64,000 bases of DNA. It comes from an uncultured Trueperaceae bacterium. GTDB lineage: Bacteria > Deinococcota > Deinococci > Deinococcales > Trueperaceae. Made by a program: the position numbers and the translations under genes. Location: contig CAVSGP010000005.1 of the NCBI GenBank assembly GCA_963727505.1, positions 192,001-256,000 on the forward strand. The letters run 5' to 3'. Shown piece by piece: positions 30,569-38,905 of this stretch. Below the pieces are notes generated by a model. That model saw only the letters and a list, made by a program, of their open reading frames with translations. It did no database searches and was not told the origin of the DNA. Within the stretch, counting starts at the first letter, position 1; every line of letters starts with the position of its first letter.

Positions 30569-30949
30569 TTAGCTGGCCGCGAGCAAGGAGCTGATAGCGC
30601 CGCGCAGGTCGGTGCCGGTGAGTGGCTTGTTGAGGAACAGGTCGGCGCCGGCATCCTCGGCGCGTCGGCGGGTGGCGTCGTCGCTCAGCGCCGTCATGAT
30701 GATGACCGGCACGCCCTGCAGGCGTCTCAGGCGGCGGGCCCGCGCGCACACGTCGAGGCCCGTCATGAACGGCATGTTCACGTCGAGGATCATCATGTCG
30801 GGTGTGTGCGATTGCAGATAGGTGAGGGCGTCGTGCCCGTTCTCGACGCTGATGACGTCGAATTTGTAGGCGCCCAGGACGAGTTCCAGCAAACGGAGGT
30901 GACCGGGGTCATCGTCCGCGACCAACACGGTACGGCTGGGCGGGCCCAT
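30569..30949 (-). CDS. Single-domain response regulator (CheY-like receiver)
   Basis: VLVADDD, ILDVNMP, IIMTA, FLNKP. Confidence 0.92.
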   Translation of the reverse strand: MGPPSRTVLVADDDPGHLRLLELVLGAYKFDVISVENGHDALTYLQSHTPDMMILDVNMPFMTGLDVCARARRLRRLQGVPVIIMTALSDDATRRRAEDAGADLFLNKPLTGTDLRGAISSLLAAS

Positions 30950-31126
30950 GCCGGAGCATAGGGGCGGGGTTCTTACAAGATTCTGACAACAGCGTGTAGG
31001 ATGGCGTATAGGACAGTGTTCCTGGGCGGCGTCCAGGGCTCGTTCCCTCATCGGCGGTTGCGGGCGAGCGGCTGACCCGGCGGTATAGTCGCCCAATCTG
31101 ACCTCCGGCCGATCAGGACGGTGCCC

Positions 31127-32923
31127 ATGCCTTTCAGCCGATCGAAGCCGCAAGACAGCCACGCGATCACGACCGACGAGATCCGTTATGCCGTCGATGT
31201 GGCGGCCGGTAGGCGGCCGGCAACGCTGCTGCTCAAGGACGCGCGCCTGCTCAACGTCTTCGACGGGCGCATCCGTCGGGTCTGTGTTGCCATCGCCGGT
31301 CGGCTCATCGCCACGGTCGGGAGCGCCGACGAGGCCCCTGCCGCCGAGACCACGGTCGACCTGCACGGCGCCTACCTGACGCCGGGACTGATCGACGGCC
31401 ACGTGCACATCGAGTCGTCGCTGGTGACCCCCTCGGCCTACGCCGAGGGGGTGGTGCCACGCGGCGTCACGGGGGTGGTGTGCGATCCGCACGAGCTCGC
31501 CAACGTCGCCGGGGTACCGGGAGTGCAGTGGTTGCTCGAGCGCTCCCGCGACCTGCCGATGGACGTCTGGGTGACGGTGCCCAGCTCGGTCCCCTCCACC
31601 ACCATGGAGACGGCGGGGGCGGCGCTGGGCCTTCAGGAGATCGAAGATCTGCTGGAGCACCCCCAGGTCGTCGGCGTGGCCGAGATGATGAGCTTCCCGG
31701 CGGTGGTGGCGGGCGACGAGGTCGAGCTGGGCAAGGTGGCGCTGGCCGAGGCCGCGCGCAAGACGGCCGAGGGGCACGCGCCCGCGCTCGGCGGTCGCAT
31801 TCTGCAGGCCTACCTGGCCAGCGGCATCAGTTCGGACCACGAGAGCACCACGCTGGAGGAGGGCCGGGAGAAGCTCGCTGCCGGCGTGTTCCTGATGGTG
31901 CGCGAGGGCTCCGTGACACGCGACCTCGACGCCCTGCTGCCGCTGGTGCGCCCGGAACATGCCGACCGCATCGGCTTCGTGACCGACGATCGGCTGCCGC
32001 ACGACCTGCTCGAAGAGGGCGGGGTGGACTGCCTGGTGCGCCGCGCCATCCAGGCCGGCGCCGACCCGGTCTACGCCGTGCGCTGCGCCAGCTACAACGT
32101 TGCCCGCCACTACGGTCTGCGGCGCCGCGGCGCCGTGGCCCCCGGCTACCTGGCCGACCTGGTCGTGATCGACGACCTCGCGGCGTTCCGGGCGCACGCG
32201 GTCTACAAGGGCGGGCGGCGCGTCGCCGTGGACGGGCGTCTGGAACCCGACGGTGCGAGCGGGGGTGCCCCCGAGGCCGGCTCGAACGACGCGGTGCTGG
32301 GCACCGTGCGGCTCCCACGGCTCGAGCTGGCGGACCTTCGCCTGGAAGATCCGGGCGGGCCGGTGCGCGTGATCCGCGCGCTCCCCAACCAGATCCTCAC
32401 CGGCACTGTCGAGTTGCGCCCGTCGGTGGAGGGCGGCGCCGTGGTGGCCGACCCGTCGCGCGACCTGCTCAAGCTCGTATGTGTGGAGCGGCACGGCCGC
32501 CACGGCGCCGTGGCCCTCGGCCTGGTGTCGGGCTTCGGACTGCAGCGGGGCGCCCTGGCGTCCACCGTGGGGCACGATCACCACAACCTGTTGGCGGTCG
32601 GCGTCGATGACGAGGCCATCCTGATGGCGGCCGCGCGGCTGCAGGAGTTGGGCGGCGGCTTCGTGGCGGTGGAGGGCGGCCGGGTGCTGGCCGAGCTGCA
32701 GCTGGAGATCGCCGGGCTCGTTACCGACGCCCCACTGGCCGACGTCCGCAGGAGCATGCGGGCCCTGGACGAGGCCGCCGTGACGCTGGGCGCGACGCTG
32801 CCATCGCCGTTCATGGCGCTGTCCTTCCTGGGGCTGCCGGTGATCCCGGAGCTCCGCCTCACCGACCGTGGCCTGGTGGACGTGCTCGCGGGGCGCATCG
32901 TGCCGTTCGCCGTCGAGAGCTGA
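31127..32923 (+). CDS. ade: Adenine deaminase
   Basis: PGLIDGHVHIESS, DPHELANV, AEMMSFP, SDHE, VREGS, TDD, GHDHHNL, LSFLGLPVIPEL. Confidence 0.95.
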   Translation: MPFSRSKPQDSHAITTDEIRYAVDVAAGRRPATLLLKDARLLNVFDGRIRRVCVAIAGRLIATVGSADEAPAAETTVDLHGAYLTPGLIDGHVHIESSLVTPSAYAEGVVPRGVTGVVCDPHELANVAGVPGVQWLLERSRDLPMDVWVTVPSSVPSTTMETAGAALGLQEIEDLLEHPQVVGVAEMMSFPAVVAGDEVELGKVALAEAARKTAEGHAPALGGRILQAYLASGISSDHESTTLEEGREKLAAGVFLMVREGSVTRDLDALLPLVRPEHADRIGFVTDDRLPHDLLEEGGVDCLVRRAIQAGADPVYAVRCASYNVARHYGLRRRGAVAPGYLADLVVIDDLAAFRAHAVYKGGRRVAVDGRLEPDGASGGAPEAGSNDAVLGTVRLPRLELADLRLEDPGGPVRVIRALPNQILTGTVELRPSVEGGAVVADPSRDLLKLVCVERHGRHGAVALGLVSGFGLQRGALASTVGHDHHNLLAVGVDDEAILMAAARLQELGGGFVAVEGGRVLAELQLEIAGLVTDAPLADVRRSMRALDEAAVTLGATLPSPFMALSFLGLPVIPELRLTDRGLVDVLAGRIVPFAVES

Positions 32924-32924
32924 G

Positions 32925-34271
32925 ATGAGCGCTCCGGCGTTGCTGCGGGGGACCGTGATGCACGTCCCGCGCGACCCGTTCCGGGACGGTGGAGCGCTGG
33001 AGGCCTTCGGCGACGGCGCGCTGGCGCTGCACGACGGCCGCGTGCTGGCGAGCGGGGACTACGCGGCGCTGCGCAGGCGCTACCCCGGCGCTCCGGTCGA
33101 CGACCGCCGCGGCGCGGTGATCCTGCCCGGCCTGGTGGACGCCCACGTGCACTACCCGCAGGTGCCGGTCGTGGGCGCGGTGGGCATGCGGCTGCTCGAC
33201 TGGCTCGAGCGCCGCACGCTGCCCGAGGAAGAGCGCTACGCCGATCCCGACTACGCCGCCGCCCGCGCCGACGCCTTCCTGCGGCTGCTGGCCGCCAGCG
33301 GCACCACCACGGCCCTGGTGTTCGGCGCACACTTCGCGCCCGCCATGGAGCGCTTCTTCCAGGCCGCGGAGCGCTCCGGGCTGCGCGTCGCGGCCGGGCT
33401 GACCGTGGCGGACCGCAACCTGCGCCAGGCGCTCCACACCACCCCGGAGCGGGCGCTGGCTGACGGGCTCGGGCTGGCCCGCCGCTGGCACGGCCGCGGC
33501 CGGCTGCGTTACGCGGTCACCCCGCGCTTCGCGCTGTCGTCGAGCGAGGCGTTGCTGGAGGCGTGCGGGGAGCTGCTCGGCACGGGTCCCGACCTGCTGT
33601 TCACCACCCACCTCAACGAGAGCGTGGAGGAGATCGAGGCGGTGAAGGCGCTCTTCCCCTGGGCCGACGACTACCTGGCGACCTACGAGCGCTTCGGCCT
33701 GGTGGGGGAGCGTTCGCTCTTCGCGCACGACGTGCACCCCGACGAGGGGGAGCTGGGGCGCCTGGCCGCCGCGCGCGCCAGCGTGGTGCACTGCCCCACC
33801 AGCAACGTCTCGCTCGGCAGCGGGCTGTTCCCCCTGCGCCGACATCTCGACGCCGGCGTGCGGCTGGCGCTCGGCACCGACGTCGGGGCGGGCACCGGCT
33901 TCGGCCTGCTCAAGGAGGCGCTGGCCGCCCACCAGGTCCAGATGTTGCGCGCCGACGGCGGGGCGCTCGACCCCGCGAGGCTGCTCTACCTGGCCACCGG
34001 CGCCGGCGCCAGGGCGCTCGGGCTGGGCGGCGTGGTGGGGGACTTCGCGGCCGGGCGCGAGGCCGACCTGCTGGTGCTGCGTCCGCGGCCGGGCTCGACC
34101 CTGGCCGAGGTCCTTGCGCACGCCCAGGACGCCTCCGCGGCGCTGGCCGCGCTGATCACGCTGGCGGGCGAGGAGAGCGTCGAAGAGGTCCGGGTGGCGG
34201 GCGAGCGCGTGCACGGCGGGCCTTCCGCGGGGGGTGCCGGACTTGACGCGGGCCCCGCCGGCGGGCCATAA
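32925..34271 (+). CDS. guaD: Guanine deaminase
   Basis: PGLVDAHVHYPQ, LLDWLE..LPEE, VTPRFALS, THLNES, HCPTSNVSLGSG, GTDVGAG. Confidence 0.93.
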   Translation: MSAPALLRGTVMHVPRDPFRDGGALEAFGDGALALHDGRVLASGDYAALRRRYPGAPVDDRRGAVILPGLVDAHVHYPQVPVVGAVGMRLLDWLERRTLPEEERYADPDYAAARADAFLRLLAASGTTTALVFGAHFAPAMERFFQAAERSGLRVAAGLTVADRNLRQALHTTPERALADGLGLARRWHGRGRLRYAVTPRFALSSSEALLEACGELLGTGPDLLFTTHLNESVEEIEAVKALFPWADDYLATYERFGLVGERSLFAHDVHPDEGELGRLAAARASVVHCPTSNVSLGSGLFPLRRHLDAGVRLALGTDVGAGTGFGLLKEALAAHQVQMLRADGGALDPARLLYLATGAGARALGLGGVVGDFAAGREADLLVLRPRPGSTLAEVLAHAQDASAALAALITLAGEESVEEVRVAGERVHGGPSAGGAGLDAGPAGGP

Positions 34272-34279
34272 CCTACGGG

Positions 34280-35080
34280 ATGCTCCTCCACCTCGTCGCG
34301 GACTTCGGTGTGGGCGACCTGGCGTTCGCCGAGGTCGCGCAACGTCTCAAACGCAGGCTCCCCGAAGCGGAGCTGGTGCTGACGGCCGTCCCTCCCTTCG
34401 CCACCCTGGCCGCCGGCTTCGTCAGCGCGCAGCTCGCGCTCAACGAGGCCCCGCCGGGGACGGTGGTGTTCCACAACGTGGCGCCGCGGCGCGACGACGA
34501 GCGGCCGCGTGCCGACAACGCCGGCGAGCGGCTGGTGGCCGCGCGCCTGCCCGGCGGCAGCTGCGTGGTGGGAGTGCACGCCGGACACGCCTTCTCGTTC
34601 TTCAAGCAGGCGGGCGTCGAGCTCCACTACGCGCAGGCCGGGGCGGCCGGCTCGCAGTTCCGTTCGCGCGACGTCTTCCCGGACGCGGTGGCGGCGCTGG
34701 CGCGCGGCGAGGCGCACGCTCTGCACGAACCGCTTCGTGCCGATGCGGTGCCGGACGTGCCCGAGGGGCGGGTGGCGTACATCGACGGTTTCGGCAATCT
34801 CAAGACGACGTGGGCGGCCCCCGGCCCCTTCGCGCCCGGCACGCGCGTCCGCGTACGTGTCGGGGAGGCCGAGCGCATCGCCTTCGTGAGTGGCGGGAGC
34901 TTCTCGGTGCCGGCTGGCACGCTTGCGTTCGCGCCCGGCAGCAGTGGCTGGCCGCTGGTGGGCGGCGGCAGCGTGCGCTTCATGGAGCTGTTCCTGCGCG
35001 GCGGCAGCGCCGCCGAGGCGTTCGGCCGTCCCGCCGTGGGCGCGCGCGTCGAGGTCGCCCTCGACGCGGTGCCGACCTGA
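34280..35080 (+). CDS. SAM hydrolase / SAM-dependent halogenase superfamily protein (DUF62-like, divergent)
   Basis: LVADFG..D, QFRSRDVFP, VAYIDGFGNLKT, ELFLRGGSAAEAFG. Confidence 0.85.
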   Translation: MLLHLVADFGVGDLAFAEVAQRLKRRLPEAELVLTAVPPFATLAAGFVSAQLALNEAPPGTVVFHNVAPRRDDERPRADNAGERLVAARLPGGSCVVGVHAGHAFSFFKQAGVELHYAQAGAAGSQFRSRDVFPDAVAALARGEAHALHEPLRADAVPDVPEGRVAYIDGFGNLKTTWAAPGPFAPGTRVRVRVGEAERIAFVSGGSFSVPAGTLAFAPGSSGWPLVGGGSVRFMELFLRGGSAAEAFGRPAVGARVEVALDAVPT

Positions 35081-35084
35081 ACCA

Positions 35085-35672
35085 TCAGTCCAGCTCGATC
35101 TCCAGGCCCTGCAGCAAGGCAGTGGCGTCCGGCAGGGAGAAGTGCGCGCCCCGCACGCGGGTGCTGCGCACGTCGATGGCGTAGTTGCGCGCCTTGCGCA
35201 GGTCGGCGCCGCTGAGGTCCGCGCCCTCGAAGTTGGCGCCGGCGAAGTCGGTGCCCCGACACACGGCGTCGACGAGCACGGCCTGGCGGAAGTCGCACTC
35301 GTGGGCCACGCAGTGATGGATGCGGCGGCCTTCCAGGGCGCAGCCCTGGAAGATCGCGAAGTCGAGGATGCAGTCCCGGAAGTCGACCTCCAGTGGGTCG
35401 TGGAGGGTGGCGGTCGCGCGCGCCCAGTTCACCCCCGTGAGGTTGCAAGCATCGAAACTGACGTCGCGGAAGGCGCTGCCGCCGACGTCGACCAGGCTCA
35501 GGTCGCAGGCGACGAACGAGGAGGCCAGGAAGCGGCAGTCCCGGAACGCGATCTCGCGCAGATGGGCGTCGTCGAAGGTGCAGCCCACGAAGGTCGAGCC
35601 CTCGATGGAGTGCGTCTGCTCGAGGTCGCGGAAGGCGGTGTCGCGGTAGTGACGTCCGCTCTCGATGGGCAT
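35085..35672 (-). CDS. Pentapeptide repeat protein
   Basis: Five-residue periodicity: FVGCTFDDAHL, FVACDLS, FAGANFEGADLSGADLR. Confidence 0.9.
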   Translation of the reverse strand: MPIESGRHYRDTAFRDLEQTHSIEGSTFVGCTFDDAHLREIAFRDCRFLASSFVACDLSLVDVGGSAFRDVSFDACNLTGVNWARATATLHDPLEVDFRDCILDFAIFQGCALEGRRIHHCVAHECDFRQAVLVDAVCRGTDFAGANFEGADLSGADLRKARNYAIDVRSTRVRGAHFSLPDATALLQGLEIELD

Positions 35673-36301
35673 CAGGGTGCGCACGGATCGGCTCCTCGCC
35701 GCAGGTCGTCCGGCCGGTTGACGTTGCTCAGCACCGAGCGCCCGCAGGCCGCTTCGACCTCGCGGCGGTCGACCTCGACCAGGGGGAGCGCGTGTAGCAG
35801 CCCCTGCATGTCGAGCAGCCCGCCGTCGAGCCGTGCGCGGGCCTCGGTGAGCGCGGAGCGCGGGTAGAGGGTGGCGAGGGGCTCGAGCCGCCCCTGCGGG
35901 TCGCGCACCACGACCGCCCGGCCGTCCCGGGCGTGGCTGCAGAGCAAGCGCCAGAAGCCGGTGGTGAGGCAGGGGAGGTCGCAGGCGGCGAGCGCCAGCC
36001 AGGCGCTGGCGGCCGCTTCCAGTGCCGTCTCGAGGCCGCCCAGCGGTCCCTGGCCCTGCCGCAGGTCCGGGACGAAGCGGGCTCCGTCGATCGGGTACGG
36101 CCTTCCCACCAGCAGCCGTTCCTGGGCGGGCGCCAGGCTGGCCAGCACGCGGTCGAGCAGCGTGCGCCCGCCGATCACGTGCAGCGCCTTGTCGGCGCCG
36201 AAGCGCGAGGAACGGCCTCCGCACAGCACCGCCGCCGTCACCTCCTCGAGGCGGAGGGGGCGGCGGTCGCTCTCCGCGGGGTCGTTAGGAGACCTGCCCA
36301 T
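35672..36301 (-). CDS. mobA: Molybdenum cofactor guanylyltransferase
   Basis: VLCGGRSSRFGADKA, GPLGGL, ACDLP, EPLATLY, NVNRPDDL. Confidence 0.92.
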   Translation of the reverse strand: MGRSPNDPAESDRRPLRLEEVTAAVLCGGRSSRFGADKALHVIGGRTLLDRVLASLAPAQERLLVGRPYPIDGARFVPDLRQGQGPLGGLETALEAAASAWLALAACDLPCLTTGFWRLLCSHARDGRAVVVRDPQGRLEPLATLYPRSALTEARARLDGGLLDMQGLLHALPLVEVDRREVEAACGRSVLSNVNRPDDLRRGADPCAP

Positions 36302-36375
36302 GCGTGCGTCATTCTAGGCCGAGCGGGCGCTCCGCACCCGGCAGCACGTCCCGGAGGGACACCGTAGACTGGCGC

Positions 36376-37158
36376 ATGCCGCGTTCGCCGGCCGTCCGCA
36401 AGGGGGTCGCGCTGCTGCTATGGCTGGCGCTGCTGACGGCGTTCCTGGCGGCAGCCGCGCGCCATCCGGGGGGTGTCGTGGGCGTGCTGGAGACGGCGCT
36501 ACGGACCGTCCGGCTGTCGCCCGGGGGCCTGCTGCTGCTCGCCGGCATCTACCTCGTGCGTCCCCTGCTGCTGCTTCCGGTGACGGTGCTGACCGCGTTC
36601 TGCGGCTTCCTCTTCGGTCCCTTGTGGGGCATAGCGGTGGCGCACGTCGCGGCGCTGGCCTCGGCCTCGATAGGCTACCTGCTGGTGCGCCAGTGGCGGG
36701 GCCTGCGCCCCGCAGGTGCAGCGGACGGGAGCCTGGACGCGGCGACGGGGTGGATGGGACGGCTGCGGCACGGGACCTTCGAGACCGTGCTGGTGAGCCG
36801 CCTGAGCTTCGTACCGGGTGACCTGGTCAACGGCGCGGCCGGTGCCCTGGGCCTGCCGTTCGTGCCGTTCGCGGCGGCCACCGCGCTGGGCGGTCTGCCC
36901 GGAACGGTGGTCGGGGTCCTGGCCGGGGCGGGCATGCGCGGGCAGGATTTCCGGGCTGCGGCGATCGCGCTGCGGCCCGGATTCATCGTGGCCTCGCTGG
37001 CGCTGGCGCTCGTGAGCCTTGCCCTGGCGGTCACGTTGCGCCGGCGCCAGCGTCCCCCTGGGGCGGGGACCGGTGAGGGAGCTTCAGAGCGCGAAGCGTT
37101 CGTCGGCCAGGTCGGAGAGGTGCCTGCCGATCGCCAGCGAGGCGGTCGCGGCCGGTGA
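36376..37158 (+). CDS. TVP38/TMEM64 (VTT domain) membrane protein
   Basis: YLVRPLLLLPVTVL..GFLFGP..G, SRLSFVPGDLVN, ATALGGLPG; leaderless TAGACT -10. Confidence 0.85.
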   Translation: MPRSPAVRKGVALLLWLALLTAFLAAAARHPGGVVGVLETALRTVRLSPGGLLLLAGIYLVRPLLLLPVTVLTAFCGFLFGPLWGIAVAHVAALASASIGYLLVRQWRGLRPAGAADGSLDAATGWMGRLRHGTFETVLVSRLSFVPGDLVNGAAGALGLPFVPFAAATALGGLPGTVVGVLAGAGMRGQDFRAAAIALRPGFIVASLALALVSLALAVTLRRRQRPPGAGTGEGASEREAFVGQVGEVPADRQRGGRGR

Positions 37159-38295
37159 GGGTGCGTTCAGGACGTGGATGGCGCGGTGGCTCTCGCGGAT
37201 GACGAAGTCGTCGAGCAGCTTGCCGTCGCGGCCCATCGCCTGGGCGCGCACCCCTGCCCCGCCGCGCCGCACGTCGGCCACGTCGATCTCCGGCAACAGG
37301 CGCTGGATGGCGCGCACGAAGGCCACCTTCGAGAACGAGCGGTAGTACTCGTACAGCCCGATGCCCAGGAACGAGCGCGCCATGCGCCACAGCCCGGGGA
37401 AGGTGAGGCTATCGGCGGTGTCGCGCAGGCTCACGTCGAGCACGCTGTAGCCCTCACGGTCGAAGGCCAGCACGGCGTTCGGGCCTGCCTCCACCTCGCC
37501 CGCCACGGTGCGGGTGAGGTGCACGCCGAGGAAGGGCAGCGCCGGATCGGGCACCGGGTAGATGAGGCCGCGCACCAGCGCGCGGCGCTCCGGGGCCAGC
37601 ACCATGTACTCGCCGCGGAAGGGGATGATGCGCACGTCGAGGTCGACGCCCGCCATGCCCGCCACGCGGTCGGCGTAGAGTCCCGCGCAGGTGATCAGGT
37701 GGGCGGCGTCGACATCGCCCGCACCCGTATCGAGATGGACGCTGTCGGCGTCGGCGCGGATGCCGTGAACGGCAGCGCCCGTCAGCACCTGGCCGCCCCG
37801 CCGCTCGAACTCGCCGCGCATCGCGCGCGTCACCGCGCCGTAGTCGGTGATGGCGGTCGAGGGGGAATGGATGGCCCGCAGGCCGGTCGCGTGCGGCTCG
37901 ATCTCGCGCAGCTCCTGCTCGTCGAGCATGTGCAGGCCGGGCACGCCGTTCTCGGTGCCCCGCGCCAGGAGGTCGTCGAGGCGCGGCAGCTCGTCGGTGC
38001 GCGTCGCCACGATCACCTTCCCGACCGCATCGAAGGGGATGTCGTGTTGCTCGCAGAAGGCGCGCAGCAGGCCGACGCCGTCCACGCACAGACGAGCCTT
38101 CAGGGATCCGGGCCGGTAGTAGATGCCGGAGTGCACCACGCCGGAGTTGTGACCGGTCTGGTGCCGGCCGACCTGCGACTCCTTCTCGAGCACGGTGAGC
38201 TGGAGTTGCGGGTGGCGGTCCTGCAGCGAGAGCGCGGTGGCGAGGCCGACGATGCCCCCGCCGAGGATCGCGATGTCGGGATGGGTGGGGTCCAT
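37084..38295 (-). CDS. lhgO: L-2-hydroxyglutarate oxidase
   Basis: GGGIVGLATA, HQTGHNSGVVHSGIYY, PFRGEY, YPVPDP..PFLGVH, GVRAQA, NAPSPAATASL. Confidence 0.94.
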   Translation of the reverse strand: MDPTHPDIAILGGGIVGLATALSLQDRHPQLQLTVLEKESQVGRHQTGHNSGVVHSGIYYRPGSLKARLCVDGVGLLRAFCEQHDIPFDAVGKVIVATRTDELPRLDDLLARGTENGVPGLHMLDEQELREIEPHATGLRAIHSPSTAITDYGAVTRAMRGEFERRGGQVLTGAAVHGIRADADSVHLDTGAGDVDAAHLITCAGLYADRVAGMAGVDLDVRIIPFRGEYMVLAPERRALVRGLIYPVPDPALPFLGVHLTRTVAGEVEAGPNAVLAFDREGYSVLDVSLRDTADSLTFPGLWRMARSFLGIGLYEYYRSFSKVAFVRAIQRLLPEIDVADVRRGGAGVRAQAMGRDGKLLDDFVIRESHRAIHVLNAPSPAATASLAIGRHLSDLADERFAL

Positions 38296-38301
38296 GACGT
38301 C

Positions 38302-38586
38302 CTAGACCGCGCGCTGGAAGGGGTAGATCTCGACGTCCTGCCAGACACCCTCGCGGCTGTAGATGTCGTTGTCGATGAAGTCGCGGGCGGCGTCGGCGCT
38401 CTCGGCTTCCAGGAGCAGCACGGAGCCGATCATGGTGCCGGCGTCGTCGAGGATGGCGCCGCCGAGCTGGAGCATGCCGGAGTCCACTGCGGGCCGGATG
38501 CCCTCGAGGTGGGTGGCGCGGACGCGTTGGCGGCGCGCTGCCGCCTCGGGGTCGGAACCGTCGTGGGCGAGGGCGATGTAGAGCAT
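38302..38586 (-). CDS. YciI family protein
   Basis: RQRVRATHL, GGAILDD..IGSVL, DIYSREGVW. Confidence 0.9.
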   Translation of the reverse strand: MLYIALAHDGSDPEAAARRQRVRATHLEGIRPAVDSGMLQLGGAILDDAGTMIGSVLLLEAESADAARDFIDNDIYSREGVWQDVEIYPFQRAV

Positions 38587-38754
38587 GGGACCTCCTGGAC
38601 CGGGTGCTGACGCCACTGTACCGCGGCGGTCGGAAGCGGCCGGGGGTTGTCCCCGGCACGTGCGAGACTGCGCATCGATCCGAGGCTGGAGGAGGCCGGC
38701 AGCGGGTGAAGTCGGCCGCGCCGGCCCTCCGCGGACGCCCGCGCCTCGCGGAAA

Positions 38755-38843
38755 CTTGATACGACCGCACTCATATCTGTTGACAATGGGGCGCTGCCTG
38801 GCTATACTCGCTAGCAGTGAGGTTTGCGTCGACTATACTCAGG
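38755..38843 (+). promoter_or_regulatory. dnaK promoter flanked by two HAIR-like (HspR) inverted repeats
   Basis: TTGACA(38780)-N17-TATACT(38803); CTTGATA-N7-ACTCATA (38755-38775) and TTTGCGT-N7-ACTCAGG (38823-38843) versus consensus CTTGAGT-N7-ACTCAAG. Confidence 0.75.
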
Positions 38844-38905
38844 TTTTGTGACGCACGATGTAGGTTCGACCTGAGAGCAATCCCGAGGCAAGAGGAGTTC
38901 CAATC

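Noticed and set aside
35085..35672. Qnr/MfpA quinolone-resistance call for the pentapeptide protein
   Set aside because: Only a generic pentapeptide pattern is visible; a specific family cannot be supported.
38811..38837. CIRCE element before dnaK
   Set aside because: Only a weak left half (CTAGCAGTG) and no matching right arm; HAIR fits better.
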